Virus record (IMG/VR): IMGVR_UViG_3300027782_000046
Coordinates: 32,001 to 96,000 of that record
Source of the DNA: a virus
Lineage: Duplodnaviria; Caudoviricetes
Direction: 5' to 3' (one strand)
Length of the DNA stretch: 64,000 nucleotides
The notes below the pieces were generated by a model. It worked only from the letters and a program-made list of their open reading frames with translations. It made no database searches and was not told where the DNA came from. Below, piece after piece: positions 58,121 through 64,000 of this stretch. The position numbers were made by a program, and so were the translations under genes. Each line of letters starts with the position of its first letter. Position 1 is the stretch's first letter.

Positions 58121-59932
58121 ATGTCGCAAGAAATTGTACATGGTATTAAGGTAGATTATTCAAGAGATAATTTATTTGATGAATTAGGAATTAAACGATT
58201 AAAAGAAAGTTACATGAAAGATGACGAACAATCTCCCCAAGAAAGGTTTGCATTTGTATCGTCGTCGTTTGGTTCTAACGATGCACACCGTCAAAGATTA
58301 TATGATTACGCTTCTAAGCATTGGTTGTCTTATTCCACTCCCATTCTTTCTTTTGGTCGTAGTAAGCGTGGGCTCCCTATTTCATGTTTTCTACCATATC
58401 TTGATGATTCTGCCGAGGGCTTGGTCAACACATTATCAGAAGTAAATTGGCTCAGTATGTTGGGCGGAGGAGTTGGTCTTGGTATTGGCATTCGGTCTTC
58501 TGATGATAAATCTGTTGGGGTCATGCCTCATCTTCGCACTTACGATGCATCCAGTCTCGCGTATAGGCAAGGGCGGACTCGCCGCGGTAGTTATGCTGCA
58601 TACCTTAACATTTCTCATCCTGATATTCTAATGTTCTTGGATATGCGAAAGCCAACAGGCGATCCAAATATGCGAGCATTGAATCTACATCATGGCATTA
58701 ATATTACTGACGATTTTATGCACATAATTGAGAAGTGCATGATAGATCCTACTGCCAATGATGATTGGGAATTAAAAGATCCACATGATGGTGTTGTTCG
58801 CGAAGTTGTATCTGCAAAAGAATTATGGCAACGTGTTCTTGAAATGCGTATGCAGACAGGCGAACCATATCTACATTTTATTGATACCAGTAATCGTATG
58901 ATGCCAGAGTTTCAAAAGAAACTTGGATTGAGTATCAGACAAAGCAATTTATGCTCTGAAATTATCTTGCCAACAGATAAAGAACGAACTGCGGTGTGTT
59001 GCTTATCATCTTTAAACTTGGAGTACTATGATGATTGGAAAGATGAACCTCAGTTCCTTCGGGATGTTGCTGAAATGCTCGATAATGTTCTACAGTATTT
59101 TATTGATAACGCGCCAACTGCCATCGCCAGGGCCATTTATTCTGCTAGCCGTGAGCGCTCTATTGGTATTGGTGCCTTAGGTTGGCACGCATTTCTACAA
59201 AAGAATAATTTGCCATGGGAATCTGCTATGGCAGTAGGCGCCAATCACAAAATCTTTAAGCATATTCGTGAGGGATTAGACATTGCAAACCTCGAGCTCG
59301 GAAAAGAAAGAGGTGAGGCTCCTGATGCTGCAGGTACAGGTCGTCGGTTTTCTCATATGTTAGCGGTTGCACCCAATGCCTCATCCTCCATTATTATGGG
59401 TAATACTAGTCCATCCATTGAGCCTCTTCGGGCAAATGCTTATAGACAAGATACTTTATCGGGCTCATCATTGGCCAAAAATAAATGGTTAGATAGAATT
59501 ATACAAAAGCATCTTGCAAGTGATGGAGAGACCGTATCACAAAATGATTACAATGATATTTGGTCTTCAATCATTGCAAATGATGGTTCGTGTCAACACT
59601 TAACTTGGATGGATGATTGGACTAAAGATGTATTTAAGACATCTATGGAAATTGACCAACGATGGGTTGTGCAGCATGCGTCAGATCGTCAACAATATAT
59701 TGACCAAGCACAATCAGTTAATCTGTTCTTTAGACCTGATAGCAATGTGATGTATATTCATGCTGTTCACTTCCAAGCATGGAAACAAGGATTGAAAACA
59801 CTTTACTATTGCCGCTCTGAAAAGATTGGTAAAGCGGATAAAGTATCTAAGAGAATTGAAAGAAAAGTGATGGAAGAATTAGATATGAAAACTCTAGCTT
59901 CTGAAGAAGTCTGTTTAGCGTGTGAGGGATAA
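58121..59932 (+). CDS. nrdA: Ribonucleotide reductase class I alpha subunit
   Basis: PISCF, SNLCSEI, APNASSS, TLYY, C-terminal CLACEG; no ATP cone visible. Confidence 0.96.
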   Translation: MSQEIVHGIKVDYSRDNLFDELGIKRLKESYMKDDEQSPQERFAFVSSSFGSNDAHRQRLYDYASKHWLSYSTPILSFGRSKRGLPISCFLPYLDDSAEGLVNTLSEVNWLSMLGGGVGLGIGIRSSDDKSVGVMPHLRTYDASSLAYRQGRTRRGSYAAYLNISHPDILMFLDMRKPTGDPNMRALNLHHGINITDDFMHIIEKCMIDPTANDDWELKDPHDGVVREVVSAKELWQRVLEMRMQTGEPYLHFIDTSNRMMPEFQKKLGLSIRQSNLCSEIILPTDKERTAVCCLSSLNLEYYDDWKDEPQFLRDVAEMLDNVLQYFIDNAPTAIARAIYSASRERSIGIGALGWHAFLQKNNLPWESAMAVGANHKIFKHIREGLDIANLELGKERGEAPDAAGTGRRFSHMLAVAPNASSSIIMGNTSPSIEPLRANAYRQDTLSGSSLAKNKWLDRIIQKHLASDGETVSQNDYNDIWSSIIANDGSCQHLTWMDDWTKDVFKTSMEIDQRWVVQHASDRQQYIDQAQSVNLFFRPDSNVMYIHAVHFQAWKQGLKTLYYCRSEKIGKADKVSKRIERKVMEELDMKTLASEEVCLACEG

Positions 59933-59933
59933 T

Positions 59934-60182
59934 ATGAAGATTTATAGATTTACAGCATCATGGTGCCAGCCATGTAAAGCAATGGCAAAAATATTGGAAG
60001 GTGCAAACACGGATAATGTTCCAATTGAAGTAGTTGATATTGATGTTCATCCAGAACTTGCAGCAACATACCGAGTACGTAGTGTACCTACATTGATAAT
60101 GGTAGATGAAGATGGAAAATCATTAAAGATGATGGTCGGAGTAAAATCAGAATCAATTATAAAGGAGTGGTTAAATGATTAA
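59934..60182 (+). CDS. Thioredoxin
   Basis: FTASWCQPCK and VRSVPT; ATG 59934 preferred over GTG 59922. Confidence 0.92.
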   Translation: MKIYRFTASWCQPCKAMAKILEGANTDNVPIEVVDIDVHPELAATYRVRSVPTLIMVDEDGKSLKMMVGVKSESIIKEWLND

Positions 60183-61161
60183 GAAAGCTTCTAGTAGATT
60201 GACTGACGAAAGACAATCATTTAAACCTTTTAATTATCCATGGGCATATGATGCTTGGTTAAAGCATGAGCAATCTCACTGGCTTCATACAGAAGTACCT
60301 ATGTTAGAAGATGTTAAGGATTGGAAGAACAAACTAACAGATTCCGAGAAACATTTCCTAACTAATATTTTCCGTTTCTTTACTCAAGGTGACATTGACG
60401 TTGCGGGCGGCTATGTAAATAATTACTTGCCATACTTCCCACAGCCTGAAGTAAGAATGATGCTATTGGGATTTGCTGCAAGAGAGGCATTGCACATTGC
60501 TGCATATTCGCATCTTATTGAATCACTTGGTATGCCTGAAAGCACATACAATGAGTTTATGGAATATCAGGAAATGAAGGACAAGCATGAGTATGTTATG
60601 GACATATCTCAGAAAAATTCAACAAAAGAAAATACAGCAACGCACATTGCCGTATTCTCAGCATTCACCGAAGGTATGCAATTGTTTAGTTCTTTCATTA
60701 TGTTATTGAACTTCCCTCGTAACGGGAACATGAAAGGTATGGGACAAATTGTTACTTGGTCTATTGTAGATGAAACAATGCACGCCGAGAACATGATCAA
60801 GTTGTTTAGAACATACATCGAAGAGAATAAAGAAATTTGGAACGATGATCTTAAAGGAAAGATTTATTCCATTGCAGAGAAGATGGTTGAGCTAGAAGAT
60901 AAGTTTATTGACCTAGCATTTAGTATGGGTGAGATGAAAAATCTTACATCTGAAGAAGTTAAAAAGTATATTCGTTATATTGCTGATCGTAGATTAATTT
61001 CATTGGGTCTAAAAGGCATCTTTAAAGTTAAACGTAATCCATTGCCGTGGGTGGAAACCATTATTAATGCTCCTACTCATACTAATTTCTTTGAGCAACG
61101 TGTTACTGATTATGCTAAAGGCGCATTGTCTGGTTCATGGGAAGAGGTCTGGGCAAAATGA
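60175..61161 (+). CDS. nrdB: Ribonucleotide reductase class I beta subunit
   Basis: FFTQGD, REALHIAAY, EGMQLFSSF, DETMH, NFFEQRVTDY. Confidence 0.96.
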   Translation: MIKKASSRLTDERQSFKPFNYPWAYDAWLKHEQSHWLHTEVPMLEDVKDWKNKLTDSEKHFLTNIFRFFTQGDIDVAGGYVNNYLPYFPQPEVRMMLLGFAAREALHIAAYSHLIESLGMPESTYNEFMEYQEMKDKHEYVMDISQKNSTKENTATHIAVFSAFTEGMQLFSSFIMLLNFPRNGNMKGMGQIVTWSIVDETMHAENMIKLFRTYIEENKEIWNDDLKGKIYSIAEKMVELEDKFIDLAFSMGEMKNLTSEEVKKYIRYIADRRLISLGLKGIFKVKRNPLPWVETIINAPTHTNFFEQRVTDYAKGALSGSWEEVWAK

Positions 61162-61334
61162 GCAATGAAAAGGTGATTTCTTTTGTAGATAAAAGACGAG
61201 CGATTTGTGATGAATGTGAGTTTAAAGAAAAGATTATTGGCGCAGACATTTGTTCAAAATGTGGATGTGCTATATGGGGTAAGGTGAGATTGAGCGGACA
61301 AAAATGTCCAGAAGGAAAATGGCATGCCGAATAA
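61158..61334 (+). CDS. Small Cys-rich metal-binding protein
   Basis: ATGA overlap start; CDEC...CSKCGC...CPEGKW. Confidence 0.65.
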   Translation: MSNEKVISFVDKRRAICDECEFKEKIIGADICSKCGCAIWGKVRLSGQKCPEGKWHAE

Positions 61335-61791
61335 ATTTGATGATGCACATATGAAGGTTGCAGAGACCTATGCTAAGTTATCTTCTGCAGGTAGATTGAA
61401 GGTTGGAGCAATTATTGTTAAAGATGATAGAATCATTAGCATTGGGTACAATGGTACACCGGCTGGTTGGGATAATGCGTGTGAGGATATAACTTCAGAA
61501 GATTCTTCGTATATAATTGATCCTGGCGGTCCGGAATATCCAATGCGCCTAATTGGTACAAAGACAAAACCAGAAGTTATCCATGCTGAAATGAATGCTA
61601 TTGGTAAACTTGCTAAGTCTGCAGAGTCTGGTAACCAGGCAACAATGTACATTACCCATGCGCCATGTTTTGAATGTGCTAAGCTTATACATATTGCTGG
61701 TATAAAGAAAGTATTTTATCGCGAGCAATATAGAAGCACCGAAGGTTTAGAATTTTTAGATAAGTGTAATATTGATGTGGAGAAGATATGA
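61324..61791 (+). CDS. cd: dCMP deaminase
   Basis: IISIGYNG, HAEMNAI, THAPCFECAK. Confidence 0.92.
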   Translation: MPNKFDDAHMKVAETYAKLSSAGRLKVGAIIVKDDRIISIGYNGTPAGWDNACEDITSEDSSYIIDPGGPEYPMRLIGTKTKPEVIHAEMNAIGKLAKSAESGNQATMYITHAPCFECAKLIHIAGIKKVFYREQYRSTEGLEFLDKCNIDVEKI

Positions 61792-62288
61792 AAACAGAAA
61801 ATTTAAGAATTGGTTTTGTTGCATCAACTTTTGATTTGTTCCACGCAGGGCATGTCATTATGCTTGAAGAAGCAAAGAGACAATGCGATTATTTAATTGC
61901 AGCAATACAACTTGATCCTACATTGGATCGTCCAACAAAGAATAAACCGGTACAATCTATTATTGAAAGACAGATTCAAGTTTCATCATGCAAACACGTT
62001 GATGAGATTATTGTTTATTCTACAGAAAAAGAACTTGAAGATATTCTAATGTCATTGCCAATAGACGTTAGAATATTGGGAGAGGAATATAAAGACAAAG
62101 AGTTTACCGGCAAAGACATTTGCATTAAACGTAAAATAGATCTATACTATAATAAAAGAGATCACTTCTTTAGCTCGTCTGACCTTCGTCTAAGAGTTTA
62201 CGAAGCAGAATCAAAGAAACGAGGAGAACCCGAGGCATGCCAAAAAGCAAACACGAATGCGTCGAATGTGACGCAATCTTCACGATAA
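61788..62288 (+). CDS. TagD-like (glycerol-3-phosphate) cytidylyltransferase
   Basis: FDLFHAGH, KNKPVQSIIER, HFFSSSDLR. Confidence 0.85.
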   Translation: MKTENLRIGFVASTFDLFHAGHVIMLEEAKRQCDYLIAAIQLDPTLDRPTKNKPVQSIIERQIQVSSCKHVDEIIVYSTEKELEDILMSLPIDVRILGEEYKDKEFTGKDICIKRKIDLYYNKRDHFFSSSDLRLRVYEAESKKRGEPEACQKANTNASNVTQSSR

Positions 62289-62392
62289 GCCATCAACTAG
62301 ATGAGACTTATTATGAGGTAACAAACTGTCCTTTCTGCGGTGCAGAAATAGAACATGATGACCAGGACGATGACGACGAAGAATTGTCCTAA
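62237..62392 (+). CDS. Zinc-ribbon protein with acidic tail (51 aa, not in ORF track)
   Basis: SD GAGGAG at 62221; MPKSKHECVECDAIF...NCPFCGAEIEHDDQDDDDEELS. Confidence 0.75.
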   Translation: MPKSKHECVECDAIFTISHQLDETYYEVTNCPFCGAEIEHDDQDDDDEELS

Positions 62393-62708
62393 ATGTGGTA
62401 TCGAACATAAAAAGCCTGGGAAATTCTGTTCCCGGGCTTGTGCCAATTCTAGAGAATGGAAAGATGAGCATAAGCAATTATTCTCTGAACGGCAAGCAGC
62501 CTATATGGCAAGAGAAGAATCTGAAGAACACAGAGCAAAGAAATCTATTCAAACCAAAATGCTTGTTAAAGCTGGTATTATGGGAACAGGAGAAGCGACG
62601 GAAGATCCTGAAGATGTGATGACAAACCCAGATGATTATTTCTTTGTTCCTCCAAGGGATGAGGGTGATAGTTTTTCTGATGGAAATGACTATTGGGAGA
62701 CCGTATAA
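62355..62708 (+). CDS. Zinc-binding hypothetical protein
   Basis: CPKCG...KFCSRACAN; true start may be a few codons downstream. Confidence 0.6.
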   Translation: MMTRTMTTKNCPKCGIEHKKPGKFCSRACANSREWKDEHKQLFSERQAAYMAREESEEHRAKKSIQTKMLVKAGIMGTGEATEDPEDVMTNPDDYFFVPPRDEGDSFSDGNDYWETV

Positions 62709-62711
62709 ATA
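62704..62711 (+). promoter_or_regulatory. T4-type late promoter
   Basis: Exact TATAAATA upstream of ATG 62733. Confidence 0.75.
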
Positions 62712-62732
62712 CTAATTTAAATTGGTATTTAA

Positions 62733-63134
62733 ATGTGGTTATATAAGAACAAAGAATTAGAAGTAATTCCAGATGATGCATATGGGTATGTTTATCTGAT
62801 TACTAACACTATCACTAATCGTAGGTATATAGGTAAAAAACTATTTTGGTTTAGAAAAACTAAAGTAGTTAAAGGTAAAAAGAAAAGATTAAAGGTAGAA
62901 TCAGATTGGAGAGATTATTGGTCTTCATCTGATGAGTTAAAAGCTGATGTATTAAAGCACGGCGAAGATAATTTTGTTAGAGAAATATTGCATATATGTC
63001 CAAATAAAGGATTATGCAATTACCTTGAAGCTAGGGAGCAGATGGATAGGAGAGTATTGGAATCGGAAGATTATTATAACGGTCAGATACAATGCAGAAT
63101 TCATCGTACTCATATTAAAAACTTAAAAAGTTAA
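62733..63134 (+). CDS. GIY-YIG-like nuclease-fold protein
   Basis: YGYVYLITN...RYIGKK...ESDWRDYWSS...YYN. Confidence 0.75.
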   Translation: MWLYKNKELEVIPDDAYGYVYLITNTITNRRYIGKKLFWFRKTKVVKGKKKRLKVESDWRDYWSSSDELKADVLKHGEDNFVREILHICPNKGLCNYLEAREQMDRRVLESEDYYNGQIQCRIHRTHIKNLKS

Positions 63135-63144
63135 AGGGGACAAA

Positions 63145-63261
63145 ATGTTAGATACCTTATTTTGGATAGGAATTGGCGCATTCGTTGGTTGGAATTTTCC
63201 TCAACCTTTTTGGGCAAAGGCAATTCAAGCAAAGATGCAAGAAACGTTTAGCAAAAAATGA
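63145..63261 (+). CDS. Small membrane protein (38 aa, not in ORF track)
   Basis: SD AAGGGGA; MLDTLFWIGIGAFVGWNFPQPFWAKAIQAKMQETFSKK; ATGA overlap with the next gene. Confidence 0.7.
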   Translation: MLDTLFWIGIGAFVGWNFPQPFWAKAIQAKMQETFSKK

Positions 63262-63908
63262 AACCGACAATTGCTATTTTTGTAAAACATCCAGAATGCT
63301 CATTGGATTCTGCGAATGGTATAAGAATAGCATTGTCTTCAGAATATAATGTTAGAACATTTTCAGTAGGCGATATTAAACCTAGTTTGTTTAAGGGTTT
63401 GGATGTTATTGCTTTTCCTGGTGGTATAGGAGATGCAGACAAATATTATAATTTTATTGGTCGCAAAGCCGGTAATATGATTGAAGATTTTATTGACGAT
63501 GGCGGACATTATCTTGGCATTTGTATGGGTGCTTATTGGGCAGGCCATCATTACTTGGATATACTAGACGGAGTAAAATGCGAACAGTATATAAAAAGAA
63601 AAACCAGCGATATAAAACGCAGTTACAGTACAATTGCAACTGTGAATTGGAAAGGGCAATCAGAAGATATGTTCTTTTATGATGGGTGCGCATTAATTGG
63701 TGACGAGAGAAAATTTAAAACTATTGCTCGATATTGTAATGGTGATCCAATGGCAATAATTCAAAATAGAATAGGTATCATAGGTTGCCATCCTGAGAGC
63801 ACTAAACACTGGTACGAAAAACCCTACGAATACATTAATAAATATTGGCACAAGGGATCTCATCACGATCTATTATTAGATTTTACTAATACACTAATAC
63901 AAAAATGA
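63258..63908 (+). CDS. BPL_N-like / class I glutamine amidotransferase-fold protein
   Basis: FPGG, YLGICMGAY nucleophile elbow, HPE. Confidence 0.8.
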   Translation: MKPTIAIFVKHPECSLDSANGIRIALSSEYNVRTFSVGDIKPSLFKGLDVIAFPGGIGDADKYYNFIGRKAGNMIEDFIDDGGHYLGICMGAYWAGHHYLDILDGVKCEQYIKRKTSDIKRSYSTIATVNWKGQSEDMFFYDGCALIGDERKFKTIARYCNGDPMAIIQNRIGIIGCHPESTKHWYEKPYEYINKYWHKGSHHDLLLDFTNTLIQK

Positions 63909-64000
63909 TAATTAACGGCGGAATAGTTTTAACTCAAGGTATGTTGCTCGCGCCAGGGCCTTTGCCTGCAAGTATAAGTGCGCCATTAGTATTTGATTTG
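63905..64000 (+). CDS. Start of a further gene, truncated by window edge
   Basis: ATGA overlap; MIINGGIVLTQGMLLAPGPLPASISAPLVFDL is open to the end. Confidence 0.5.
   Translation, partial: MIINGGIVLTQGMLLAPGPLPASISAPLVFDL

Noticed and set aside
58121-61161. Introns or inteins in nrdA/nrdB
   Set aside because: Both ORFs are continuous and of compact length
1-64000. tRNA or rRNA genes
   Set aside because: Intergenic gaps are under about 60 nt and no cloverleaf motifs were seen

Overview
A 64 kb piece of a large AT-rich T4-like (myovirus) phage genome, with every credible gene on the + strand. The host is probably Gram-negative (spanin-like pair) and no photosynthesis genes are present. 1-9.3 kb: late head-associated genes, several with T4-type capsid-targeting N-termini (nuclease-like, ligase-like, HIGH-motif nucleotidyltransferase), plus Dps. 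9.3-53.4 kb: a ~44 kb virion fibre/adhesin island with three giant Asn-rich fibre proteins (2532, 2291, 1943 aa), small beta-sandwich adaptor paralogs, a tandem array of 14 intact glycine-rich genes plus one deleted copy and two LamG-like genes (most sharing a short N-terminal tag), a 7-blade propeller and a tail chaperone. 53.4-64 kb: conserved T4-like genes, primase, thyX, NTP pyrophosphatase, spanins, nrdA/trx/nrdB, dCMP deaminase, TagD-like enzyme and small genes. Main observations: (1) six phycocyanin-like CxRD repeats in a nested arrangement inside the largest fibre; (2) a cassette array with shared homology arms, a visible deletion scar and a common putative docking peptide; (3) a putatively packaged His-rich enzyme set; (4) a promoter-dependent SD-sequestering hairpin on primase; (5) a near-consensus antisense sigma70 promoter in the late region. 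All family calls come from motif recognition by eye, without database searches.
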